Assembly: GCA_010909165.1 (NCBI GenBank) | Contig: VJWM01000118.1 | Span: forward strand, 744,001 to 808,000 | Origin: Anthoceros angustus | Lineage: Eukaryota > Plantae > Anthocerotophyta | Direction of reading: 5' to 3' | Length of the DNA: 64,000 nt | Shown: piece by piece, positions 26,001-37,993 of the stretch | How positions within the stretch are numbered: position 1 is the stretch's first letter | Layout: every line of letters begins with the position of its first letter | Made by a program: the position numbers and the translations under genes | The notes under the pieces: generated by a model | Told to the model about the DNA's origin: nothing | Seen by the model: the letters and a program-made list of their open reading frames with translations, nothing else | The model's database searches: none

Positions 26001-29000
26001 AGCACTGCAGAATCTGTAACATCGTGATGAGAGAACAGCAACACGAAAGTTTAGGGATCAAATCCAAGTCCATCACAAATACTGGAGCACTTGAAACAGG
26101 AGCTTGCCTGGCAAAGCTTTCAGAGCCCGCTGAAAGATGGCTGCAGCCTGATCTGGCAACCCGTTCTGGGCATGCCAAGTTGCAAAATCGAACCACACAT
26201 CTGGAAAGTGGTACAAGGACATAAGGCACTGCAACAGATACACAAAGGTATCAGCAACACCACAAAAACAAAGATCTCAAAGTCACTGGATGACTAGACA
26301 ACACACCTGCTCATAAGTGAAGGCTACCCTTTTGGTGAGTGCCGCAGGATCTAATCGCTGAGGGTTCCCCTGCATTTGGAATTGATCAGTATGAAGGGTC
26401 CCCTCACAGCCAAATTCTGACGCCCTCAATTTCCAACAAGTAGCGCAGCACATGATCACCAGCAGAGAACAGGTTCGGCACTTAGCTGGACTTACTTCTC
26501 AAACTGCAGCAACTGCCTCCAAGCAATACATTGTTGTTCCTCCTGCAGGTTTCCAAACGGATTGCTATGAACAAGTCACTTGACATCCGTGTCTAGAGCT
26601 ACAGAGCTACCAATTGGTAGGACAGTTATGAAAATGTTCTCCTAGGCTGCTTTGCAGCGTGGAGGCTGCTTACACCCCGTACACAAGTATACTCCGTCTT
26701 ACCGTGCACAAGTATTTAGGCACACCTAAGCTGACTCCAGGAACAAACCAAACTACAAGCATTGAATGGAATATAAGTGACAAGATGGCCTCGTCAAATA
26801 ACTTGCTGGGTTTTGAACATTGCACTAGCTGAATGAAGCAGAAAGAAACACACTCAAGTGCTGCAAGAATCATGCATAGTTAGGGAAGTGAACTTGCTTT
26901 GGAGGAACCAGTTGGAGGCACTGGCAACATGCTTTGATCAGTGCGCTCGCAATACTTCTTGCGCTCCCTATAGACAGCCCTCGGACTGAAATGCTTAGGT
27001 TGGTATTTAGTAAAAAGACCTTTAGCCTGCATAGACAGTGCCTCTCAGATATGTCTCTGATACGAACGAGAACTGGAAATACATATGCACATTTGGAAGA
27101 GCGAGCATCACGAGATGGCATTGGACATCAATCTGGCAACAGAGCTTGCCGAAGAAGATGAAAGAATACCAGACAAAGTTGTGTCCACCAATCAAAGGCC
27201 ATTCACAGTGTGGGCACCAATCCAACCCAAACGCCAGCTTCACGTACAAAACAGGCAAGCTGCACTTCCATGGTTGGGGAGCATGTGAAAAATCCATAAC
27301 TCAGACGAAGAGACAAATACAAACATCATTTGGGCCCCAACACCAAAGGCAACAACTGTGATATGGAAACTGTAGCTTTTATTGAAGAAGCTCAGACTAC
27401 AAATTTCAGGATCTTCACTGTTTAACAGTGAAGTAAGAGAAAGCAGCCAACCAGGGCACGACTGACAGAATTTTCAAATGATTCATAATCCTTCCACAAC
27501 TGCTCCACGAGGTGGACGGGGCTAATACAGCCCGCTGGTAGGCCTTGCGCACTGAAGTCATCCGCTGTGACTCCTCATGGGGTGTGGATGCCTGTGGGAT
27601 CCAACATCATGAGAATTCCAGACAAACACACCAGCACATTCACATACTATGAGTAGGTCCAGTAGGTGGAGCTCAGACACGCAACAGAACAGCACATCAA
27701 CGTACCACTGCTCCCTTCAGAAATATAATGTACTCTTGCCAAACAGAACCTGCTGAGATGTCGAAACCTGCAAGTCCAAGTCCCAAAAGACACAGCCGTG
27801 CCATCATGCTCCCACCCTAAGGCTGATTGCAACTCCTCCACAACACCACATAATCTATAATTGCATACACTGCCCGAGGCAAAATCAAAGCAAAGCAGCA
27901 CTTACCAACGTGATTCAACATAAACTCATACGCCTTTTTTCACCTCCTCCCTCCCCTCAGGACCTCTACTTTCATTCACCTTCCGCATAAACCGAATGTA
28001 AGACTTCCTGCACACCGGCTGGGCCTATAAGCAACCGAAAGCAGATGAAAAAAAGCAACCCAGCCGCGTGCAGGAGTGGCCACACGCACCAAAGATCCAC
28101 ATTTAAGCAATTGAGCAAACATCGGCTGAAGATTTGCTTGACAGCATCATCATTGTTGGCACCCATTTGCAACTCCACATACTTCTTCCAGTAAACGGCC
28201 TGCACCCCAAGACCGTCAATTCATCAACATAATGCTAATCAACCGACATATGTAATCAGCTGCACATGGTCACTCAGCTCCCTCCTTACCCACTGAACAC
28301 AAAAACTCCCCCCAACACCCTACCACCACAATGTTCACAACAACGATTCCACACCAAAGCCCCACACACCCTCGTGAGAACCTCACCGAAGTTGGGAAGT
28401 TGGCAATAATAGCCTCATAAATAGGGATGGCATCAGCCACAGACCTCGACTGCCAAAAACAAAAACAACCCATTACACCTTTTCTTGAACCAAACTGCAG
28501 CAAAAGCACAACCTTTGCACCATCCCCACCCCAAAATCTCACCTGGGCCTCGTTCCCAAGCAGCACCCAAGCCTCTACGTCATACTGATCAAGCTCGATC
28601 CTCTCCCGAGCACGCCGCTCCTGAAATCGCAGGAACCCAAAACCCTCAATCACAAGACCGGAAAAAACCCACCAATCCCCGGCACCACCACACCTCACCT
28701 TCTCCGTCAGAGGAGGACCCAGCTGCAGGCGGCTACAACAGGCACCAAAGCTGGGGCCGCCTCCGGCCTCCCCTGTCCCCAGATTCAGGCCTCCCAGGCC
28801 CAGCATTCTCAGGTACCCTGCGCAGCATCCTGGATCCCAGCTGCGGACACGCTCTCCTCCTGCTTCACTTCCTCCTTCACCACCACCCGGAATTCCCCAG
28901 CACCAGTGCTGGGCACCGCAGTGCTGGCAACCTCCTCCGCCTCCACCATGTTGCCCTCGTTTGCAACAGCCTTGTCTGCAGGCTCCGGCCATGGCAGGCA

Positions 29001-29118
29001 AGCTGGCCTCATTCTCAGTCTTCACCACCACGAGCTCCAGCCCGAAGCTCACGGCCGGCCCCTCCTCCGCTGCGCTCATGCTGCCGGGCTTCCAACCTTC
29101 GCTCTCCTCATGCTGCAT
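23025..29118 (-). CDS. CSTF77: Cleavage stimulation factor 77 kDa subunit (HAT-repeat; RNA14/su(f) family), full-length copy with apparent indels
   Basis: YWKKYVELQMGANNDDAVKQIFSRCLL, EEQQCIAWRQLLQFEK, FMRFVRRTEGIDEARKVF, YADFLDRMNDDKNVRVLFERALS, RYRFRDLWPCSTSDLDHL, PDVSKMVLYDP and C-terminal DLFRLRQMQRAR..FSGEPSGSSN*. Confidence 0.92.
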
Positions 29119-30039
29119 GCTTCTTTCCAGTCATCTTCGCGGGACGTGAAAATGAAAATCCACTGCCGGCTCCGCGTCATTCTGCTGCACCGCGGATTCG
29201 GGGCGAGCGGCAGCAAGCCGGACCAAGAGGGCGATGGCCTTGGGTTGATTCTTCAATGACATCAATGTTGAATGTAAAACACTTTTTTTTTTTTTTGGAT
29301 GAAATTCTCATCCACCATTTCTGCATGTCAAGCAGCCACATCGGCCTCCTACATCGCCGCCCAGGCAGATGGGCATCCGAATGGGTGATGTTTAGTGCCC
29401 AGTATTTGTGTCATGATTGCATAGGGATTTCAGTCTAAATCTAATTTTTAAAATATAGACAGAAGAAATATACTTGGAACATACTTAGATACTTAGACCA
29501 TTCGTAGAGACGCGGACCAAGAAGTGTATTCAAAGCTGTACCCACGCTTATGTAAGCTGGACTCATGGCTAAGTAGTGGGCAATATAATGTGTGTGTGTC
29601 GTGCCGGAGCTTTGGTAGAAGTACAGTCGATATAGCTTTTACTATGTCTAGAAGTTTGAGCAAACTGAAACTATAAAGCTTTTATTATGTCTAGAAGTTT
29701 GAGTTCCCAAATTGTCAAAAATTGTAATCACAGGCCTTTTCAAAGATAGGGCAGTTGCCTTTCTGCCTCTAATTGTGCATGGTGTGATGGTGATGGCTGG
29801 TTAACACCTGAGCTTAGAAGCATGCCCCTCTCTTTGTTTTCCAAGTTTTTGTGTAGAGTTTTTGAGAGTGCCCACTTTGCATTGCTTCATAGTCATATCA
29901 TGCAACAGAGTCTGCTCATTTACATCTCATGTATCTCCTCAGTTGACCCCTTGTTATAGATGAAAAGACTAACTCTGCCCAGGCCTATTTTTGCCCTCAT
30001 CGAGCTAAAGACCATGAACGTTGTGCTGTTTGCCTTTGT

Positions 30040-30275
30040 GTGGGACCAAAGCCTCTGTGTCAGTGGGGACCAAAGCCTCTGTGTCAGTGGGGACTATCAC
30101 AGTTCTTTGATAGTTGTAGGCAACTAAGTTCCTCCATTGCCTTGTTCTCATGGTCTTTGTGCGCTACTAAGCATTGCAGGCAACTAAGTTCCTCCATTGC
30201 CTTGTTCTCATGGTCATCTCTGCAGGCGTTGCAACCTTTCATTGCCTTGTTCTCATGGTCTTTGTGCGCTACTGA
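30040..30275. repeat. Local 24-bp and 60-bp tandem repeats
   Basis: GGGACCAAAGCCTCTGTGTCAGTG at 30042 and 30066. AGGCAACTAAGTTCCTCCATTGCC repeated with a 60-bp period. Not expanded in the paralogous region near 50150-50250. Confidence 0.85.
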
Positions 30276-30732
30276 GCCCATACCCGGAGAGACATACTCC
30301 TTCCATTAAACTATTTCCCACTTAACAATACCTACCTAGATAAATGGTAAAGGAGTTATAGAATATATTTATGCAACTCGATACGTAACTAGGTAATATG
30401 GCTATAGAATTATTTTATATCTATCATCTCAATAAGTAACTTTGGTTTTATTAATAGTATTTCTATAAGCACATTTTCCAATACAAATGCTTTGAAGGTC
30501 TCATAAGAGAGCATTGTACATTGTACAAATATGAGGTTGTAGCTTTGCAAAGAAGCTATATGTACCTACATGTAAAAAGAATGGAAAATAGCATGAAAAT
30601 CAATAGATAATTGACTCCGTGTTCATTAGTTTGCTTCATAGTATTTGCTTCTTTTAACCGGTTTTGGAGAATTAAACATGCTTTTCAAAGTCAAAGAGTA
30701 TGCCTCTGTTTGCGAAGCCATTTCTACCATCC

Positions 30733-30961
30733 ATGTGTGTCCAAATGGCTTAGGCCAAATGGACACACATTTATAAGAACTTCGCAGGATTAAGCATCCT
30801 GCGCTTAGATCGGTATTTGGATGGGGTGCCTCAAGGGAGTGGATGCCCTTGGTGCAAGTAGCTTAAGCACACCATGGTACAAGTTGTTAAGTACCAAGTC
30901 CCATGACGGAAATCCATCCTTAGTGGACTTCAATAAAATTCTTCTTCTTCTTCTTCTTCTT
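30733..30961 (+). mobile_element. SINE-like element, copy 2
   Basis: 5' hairpin ATGTGTGTCCAAATGGCTTAGGCCAAATGGACACACAT; AATAAA followed by (TTC)n. Flanked by CCATCC and absent from the paralogous site at ~50691-50707. Confidence 0.75.
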
Positions 30962-31220
30962 CCATCCTAGTATGAAAATTAGAAAAGAGAAGCTCATGCT
31001 ACAAGAAAACTCATGATCATAAGAGATTAGAAACTCCTTAAAAACCACATAGAAACTTGTGTGGGTATGAAAATAAGTTGTTTTTTAGTGTGGGACCTTG
31101 AATAAATTATCGATATAAATGATGCATGATGAACAATATCTATGTACGAGGATGTGCATCGGCAAGTCCTTGGCAAATAGCCACACACACTTGTAATAAG
31201 ACAAGGTTACAGGAAAGGCC

Positions 31221-31436
31221 AAGAAGAAGAAGAAGAATTTTATTGAAGTCCACTAAGGACGAATTTCCGTCATGGGACTTGATACTTAACAACTTGTACC
31301 ATGGTGTGCCTAAGCTACTTGCACCAAGGGCATCCACTCCCTTTAACCTCCCCATCTAAGTGCCGATCTAATCGCATGATGCTTAATCACGAAGTTCTTA
31401 TAAATGTGTGTCCACTTGGCCTAAGCCATTTGGACA
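31221..31436 (-). mobile_element. SINE-like element, copy 3 (inverted relative to copy 2)
   Basis: Reverse complement of the same element; (AAG)n followed by TTTTATT on the plus strand. Confidence 0.7.
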
Positions 31437-31740
31437 AGAGCTTCACAACATCATATCTTGTACAAAAGTTTGACATAGAATAACGGTAACCCTAGTTAGT
31501 GACTGTTTTCACGAGACAGAGCTTCGGTGGTACACAACATTGTTTCGTTAAGCGGCAAAGGTGGGTGCAGGCAGGTTCCTGTTTCAAGTCAGTAGCATGT
31601 CACGAGTGCAGAGTCTAGCAGCCACGAAATGCAACAACGATCAGTGACCAAACTCATATTCCAATGAGCACAGTTCAAGGCTCACAGATAGCAACAAGAA
31701 AACGAAACAGTGCCATCACCCAATCAAGTGCAGTGATATT

Positions 31741-31809
31741 TGCGTGATGGTTGCTTGCCGACGGGCAAGCTTGCAGCAAGCCTGCCCGTTAGCCGGCAAC
31801 CATCACGCA
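31741..31809. other. 69-nt inverted-repeat hairpin
   Basis: TGCGTGATGG/CCATCACGCA, TTGCCG/CGGCAA and ACGGGCAAGCTTGC/GCAAGCCTGCCCGT stems; identical copy at 51480-51548. Confidence 0.7.
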
Positions 31810-32519
31810 TTCAACGCAAGAGCATGAGGGCAATGCCTGCGGTTTGTCCGACAAATCATAGACTATGAGCCATTTCAGATAGTCCCTAGCTAGCCAGCCC
31901 ATTTCCCTAGTACTCATTAAGATGATGGCAGCTACTAACACAGCACCTAAAGTTCCAGCACATCAACAGAAATGCTCACATCATATTCTCACATGTTCAC
32001 ATTATGCTCACATGTGAACATAAGGTATAATGTATCATAAGGTTAAGCTATGTATTGTTCACATGTGTACACCTGCACATAGAAAATATACAGGTTGCAA
32101 AAATTGAGAAAGAAATTGTAAGAAGTGAGGTGTTGTAGGTAATGGATGCCGAGTGTTCTGGGTTTTTGTCATGATATGGGGATGTGAGCGTACAAAGGTA
32201 GAAGATGGTAACATGGGGGAGTTTGTGTTGCTCTTATACAAACTCGTGGTAATATAAGAACTGAAACTTTTGCGAAGCTGTAGCTGGTCCCGATCCCAAC
32301 TGCTTGAATAAGCACGTAACTGCTTGAATAAGCACGTCATGGCTTCATAGATGGTCTTTGCCTTGCATTCCTCAGGCTAAATGTGTTTCTAGTTTTAAGC
32401 TGGTGATCTAGCAGCTTACAATTATTATGTGAAGTTCTTGCAACCAAGACACAATCCATCGAGCTACCAGTGAGATTCTTGGGCATACATTACACTTTTT
32501 GTTGTCTTCCAATCTTGAG

Positions 32520-33516
32520 GTGAGAAAGAAGAAGCTTATGAGGATGTAGGAATGTGGGTCATTCTAAACACTCCACTATACAAACAAGGTTGAAACATCC
32601 ATCTGTTAGTCCGTTTATCCAATTGGTGCTGTTCTGTGCAATTTCAACTGGTCCTCTTTAGTCAAGTGAGTCACTGCTGATTGATCTTGGTTTTTCTTAG
32701 CCTAATCTAGGCTCATATGTCTTGCCTATGACCAGATTCCATGTATTGAAGGGGCCAACTACATCCCGTCGGGTGAGCTTTCTCTAGAACTTTGTATTAG
32801 TTTGGCACCATGGAGAGTAGCGTAGGACTGTAGGTCCTGCAGGCTATCGTTGTTACACACGTTTTCTGGAATATGTAGGTGCTTTCTTCCAATGCTGTCG
32901 ATTCTTCTTCTGTCAGTGGCACTTGGCTACAACTTTCAGCTCAACTTGTGCTTATGTTAGCTCTTGGTTTATTGTGATAGTGATGTTTTTAATTTTTACA
33001 AGCTTCGTCTAGTGGCACTTGGTACAACTTTCAGCTCAATTTGTGCTCATGCTAGCTCTTGCTTTGTAGTGATAGTGCTGTTTTTTAATTTTTACAAGCA
33101 TTGTCTACAAGTCTTGGGGATACACGACCCGTGAGTCTTGGTTGCAGGTTTGTGAGCCAAGGTTCAAAAGTAGCTCCAAGTTCTGTCGCATCTACAAAGT
33201 CTCGCCACAGGCAACATAATTTCAGATATATGGTGACAACATATCAAAAGTATCTTCGGGTTGGATCAGCAGCTCATATTTGAGCAGACTCAAAGCATAT
33301 TTGAACAGACTTAAAACTTATTTGAACAGACTACAAGCTTCAGATCCGTTCAGGTGTGATGGAACGCTACATTATTTAAAAGCGAAACCGTGATCAACTT
33401 AGGAACATTAACCAACATTTTACGCGTACTCCAACCAAGCAACACCTTGGCTTTTAAACAGACCTACACTTCTAAAGAACTCCAACTTTACCAAAAGCAA
33501 ACCTTGCACATTCACA
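32520..33516 (+). other. Triplicated block downstream of ROCO 3' ends (also ~36525-37535 and ~52550-53538) with unidentified plus-strand exon-like pieces
   Basis: AG/GT-bounded pieces translate as SVYPIGAVLCNFNWSSLVK and LICLAYDQIPCIEGANYIPS; no family recognised. Confidence 0.35.
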
Positions 33517-34058
33517 TCATCGCTGCATAAGCAATCCTGCTGCCTTGCACTTACTTATGCACTTACTGCAGAGCCATGCTGTTTCCTCTCCTTCTGTGTA
33601 CCTCACTTTAGCGAGCTGGAACAGCTCCCTCCCACATACGACTCTGGAGGGATTTTGGAAGCTCCTCGAGTGCCAACCAGGCATCCACATCGACATACTC
33701 TTCATTCACGGCCACCATGTTAGGCAATTGCTGGTGGTTGGACAATGTTTCCCCTACCAATCCGGTCACAGTCACTGGTATGGCTCCTGCCCAAGTTGCA
33801 AAGACCGGTATAGCGTTTCCCAAACCTGCACCTACATTCAAGCTTGCCTTGGCTAGAAACACGAGCAACTTAGTACTCATCATAGAAAGCTTTTGAATCC
33901 ACTTGTGGTTATTGGACAGTACAAGCAAAGAATAACGAGGTTGCCCTTGTATGATATGGTTTCCACGTCTCTCCTCACACATGAGATGCAAATGAACCGC
34001 CTTCCCAACCTGAATCAAAGCCACAAACTTTTCTTGGAAGGATACACCATCACTACAC
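33517..34058 (-). pseudogene. ROCO C-terminal tail fragment
   Basis: CSDGVSFQEKFVALIQVGKAVHLHLMCEE..LLVFLAKASLNVGAGLGNAIP matches the C-termini of the two ROCO genes. Confidence 0.85.
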
Positions 34059-34060
34059 CA

Positions 34061-34191
34061 CGGATTTACTGTGAATCTGTTCCACAACAGACACCTGCTG
34101 TCAGAATTACGGTCAAGCAGGTAAGCGAATTACCATTCCCTGCAACTCCTGGCATACCCGATGTAGGTGCGACCCTTGCTGCGAGGATTCT
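34061..34191 (-). pseudogene. SLX1: 130-bp SLX1 fragment (end of exon 1, intron 1, start of exon 2)
   Basis: Matches ~61068-61191; encodes NPRSKGRTYIG / FTVNP. Confidence 0.85.
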
Positions 34192-36237
34192 TGTAGCCTG
34201 CAAAGACAGTACATGCCTCTCAGATATGTGTCTGATACGAATGACAACTGGAAATACATATGCACATCTGGAAGAGCGAGCATCACGAGATGGCTTTGGA
34301 CAAATCAATCCGGCAACAGAGCTTGCCGAAGCAGATAAAAGAATCCCAGACAAAGTTGTGTCCACCAATCAAAGGCCATTCACAGTGTGGGCACCAATCC
34401 AACTCATACACCAGCTTCACGTACAAAACACGCAAGCTGCACTTCCATGGTTGGGGAGCATGTGAAAAATCCATAACTCAGACGAAGAGACAAATGCAAA
34501 CATCATTTGGGCCCCAACACCAAAGGCAACAACTGTGATATGGAAACTGTAGCTTTTATTGAAGAAGCTCAGACTACAAATTTCAGGATCTTCACTGTTT
34601 AACAGTGAAATAAAGAGAAAGCAGCCAACCAGGGCACGACTGACAGAATTTTCAAATGATTCATAATCCTTCCACAACTGCTCCACGAGGTGGACGGGGG
34701 CTAATACAGCCCGCTGGTAGGCCTTGCGCACTGAAGTCATCCGCTGTGACTCCTCATGGGATGTGGATGCCTGTGGGATCCAACATCATCAGAATTCCAG
34801 ACAAACAAACCAGCACATTCACTACTATGAGTAGGTCCAGGAGGTGGAGCTCAGAGACGTAACGGAACAGCACATTAACGTACCACTGCTAGACACAGCC
34901 GTGCCATCATGCTCCCATCCTAAGGCTGATTGCAACTCCTCCACAACACCACATAATCTATAATTGCATACACTGCCCGAGACAAAATCAAAGCAAAGCA
35001 GCACTTACCAACGTGATTCAACATAAACTCATACGCCTTTTTTCACCTCCTCCCTCCCCTCAGGACCTCTACTTTCATTCACCTTCCGCATAAACCGAAT
35101 GTAAGACTTCCTGCACACCGGCTGGGCCTATAAGCAACCGAAAGCAGATCAAAAAAAGCAACCCAGCCGCGTGCAGGAGTGGCAACACGCACCAAAGATC
35201 CACATTTAAGCAATTGAGCAAACATCGACTGAAGATTTGCTTGACGGCATCATCATTGTTGGCACCCATTTGCAACTCCACATACTTCTTCCAGTAAACG
35301 GCCTGCACCCCAAGTCCGTCAATTCATCAACATAATGCTAATCAACCGACATATGTAATCAGCTGCAAATGGTCACTCAGCTCCCTCCTTTCCCACTGAA
35401 CACAAAAACTCCCCCCAACACCCTACCACCACAATGTTCACAACAACGATTCCACACCAAAGCCCCACACACCCTCGTGAGAACCTCACCGAAGTTGGGA
35501 AGTTGGCAATAATAGCCTCATAAATAGGGATGGCATCAGCCACAGACCTCGACTGCCAAACACAAAAACAACCCATTACACCTTTTCTTGAACCAAACTG
35601 CAGCAAAAGCACAACCTTTGCACAATCCCCACCCCAAAACCTCACCTGGGCCTCGTTCCCAAGCAGCACCCAAGCCTCCACGTCATACTGATCAAGCTCG
35701 ATCCTCTCCCGAGCACGCCGCTCCTGAAATCCCACGAACCCAAAACCCTCAATCACAAGACCGGAAAAAAACCCACCAATCCCCGGCACCACCACACCGT
35801 CACCTTCTCCGTCAGAGGAGGACCCAGCTGCGGAGGCGGCTTCACAACGGGCACCAAAGCTGGGGCCGCCTCCGGCTTCCCCCTGTCCCCAGATTCAGGC
35901 CTCCCGAGCCCAGCATTCTCAGGTACCCTGCGCGCAGCATCCTGGATCCCAGCTGCGGCGACGCTATCCTCCTGCTTCACTTCCTCATTCACCACCACCC
36001 CGGAATTCCCCCCGGCACCAGCGCTGGGCACCGCAGTGCTGGCAACCTCCTCCTCCGCCTCCACCATGTTGCCCTCGTTTGCAACAGCCTTGTCTGCGGG
36101 CTCCGCGGCCATGGCAGTCACGCTGGCCTCATTCTACGTCTTCACCACCACGAGCTCCAGCCCGACGCTCACGGCCGGCCCCTCCTCCGCTGCGCTCATG
36201 CTGCCGGGCTTCCAACCTTGCTCTCCTCATACTGCAT
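34192..36237 (-). pseudogene. CSTF77: 5' half of CstF77 (copy 2), fused to the SLX1 fragment
   Basis: Colinear with 27020-29118; homology ends a few bases after the TTGCAG acceptor of the AKGLL exon. Confidence 0.88.
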
Positions 36238-37535
36238 AGTTCTTTCCAGTCATCTTCGCCGGACGTGAAAATGCAAATCTACTACCGGCTCCGCGTCATT
36301 CTCCTGCACCGCAGCTTCGGGGCGAGCAGCGGCAAGCCGGACCAAAAGGGCGTTGGCCGTGGGTTGATTGTTCAATGACATCACTGTCGAATGTTGGGAG
36401 GACATTAGCAGCAGGCCTGGTGGGAGGACAGTAGCAGCAGGCTTTTCGCAAACAAGTATTTGCCATCTTTCCTATTGCCCTTCCTGCTACACAGAAGCCT
36501 GTTGTTGTCTTTCAACGCCAGGAATGGAGAAAGAAGAAGCTTACAAAGATGTAGGAATGTGGACCATTCTAAACACTCCACTATGTAAACAAGGCTGAAA
36601 CATCCATCTGGCAGTCAGTTTATCCAATTGGCGCTGTCCTGTGCAATTTCAACTGGTCCTCTTTAGTATCCCCGGCCAAGTGAGTCACTGCTGATTGATT
36701 CTGGTTTTTCTTAGCCTAATCTGGGATCATCTGTCTTTCTTATGACCAGATTCCATGTATTGAAAGGGCCAACTGCGTCCCGTCAGGTGAGCTTTCTCTA
36801 GAACTTGTATCAGTTTGGCACCATGGAGAGTAGCATAGGACTGTAGGTTCTGCAGGCTATGGTTGTTACACAGGTTTTCTAGAATATGTAGGTGCTTCCT
36901 TCCAATCATGTTGATTCTGCTGCTGTTAGTGGCACTTGGCTACAACTTTCAGCTCAACTTGTGCTTATGTTAGCTCTTGGTTTGTCGTGATAGTGATGTT
37001 TTCAATTTTTACCTTCGTCTAGTAGCACTTGGTCCAACATTCAGCTCAATTTGTGCTCATGCTAGCTCTTCCTTTGTAGTGATAGTGCTGTTTTTTAATT
37101 TTTACAAGCATTGTCTACAAGTCTCTACCCATGGCTGGATCACACGGCCCGTGAGTGTTGGTTGCAAGTTTGTGAGCCAAGGGTCAAAAGTAGCTCCAAG
37201 TTCTGTCGTATCTACAAAGTCTCGCCACAAGCACCATAATTTCAGGTATATGGTGACAACATATCAAAAGTATCTTTGGGTTGGACCACCAGCTCATATT
37301 TGAGCAGACTCAAAGCCTATTTGAACAGACTCGAAGCTTATTTGAACAGACTACAAGCTTCAGATCCGTTCAGGTGTGATGGAACGCTACATTATTTAAA
37401 AGCGAAAACGTGACCGGCTTAGGAACATTCACCAACGTTCCAAGCGTTCACCAAGCAAGCAACACCTTGGCTTTTAAACAAACCTACACTTCTAAAGAAC
37501 TCCAACACTAAAAACCAATAACAAACCTTGCACAT

Positions 37536-37790
37536 TCACATCATCACATATAATCCCGCCTTGCACTTGCTTATGCACTTATGCAGAGCTCGCCGCTTCC
37601 TTCCTTGTATCTCACTTTGTGAGCTGGAACAGCTCCACATACGGCTTCGGAGGGATTTTAGAAGCTCCTCGAGTGCCAACCACGCATCCACATTGACATC
37701 CTCTTCATTCACGGCCACCATGTTAGGCAATTGCTGGTGGTTGGACAATGTTTCCCCTACCAATCCGAGCAATGTCATTGGCATGGCTCG
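37536..37790 (-). pseudogene. Short ROCO extreme C-terminal fragment within a local ~0.5-kb duplication
   Basis: MPMTLLGLVGETLSNHQQLPNMVAVNEED; 37290-37790 is repeated at about 37790-38235. Confidence 0.75.
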
Positions 37791-37993
37791 CCTATTTGAG
37801 CACTCAAGCTTATTTGAGCAGACTACAAGCTTGATCCGTTCGTGTGATGGAACGCTACATTATTTAAAAGCGGCAGCTTAGGAACATTCACCAACGTTCC
37901 AAGCGTTCACCAAGCAAGCAACACCTTGGCTTTTAAACAAACCTACACTTCTAAAGAACTCCAACACTAAAACCAATAACAAACCTTGCACAT

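Larger units (their letters stand above)
24285..34058. repeat. Segmental duplication unit, paired with ~44335-54070
   Basis: Colinear high similarity across the CstF77 body, its upstream region, the SINE-like copy, the hairpin and the ROCO 3' end, at an offset of about 20 kb. Confidence 0.92.

Noticed and set aside
28485-29438. Plus-strand Pro/Ser-rich ORFs over CstF77 exon 1 (also 35588-36268 and 49051-49476)
   Set aside because: Antisense shadows of a GC-rich exon.
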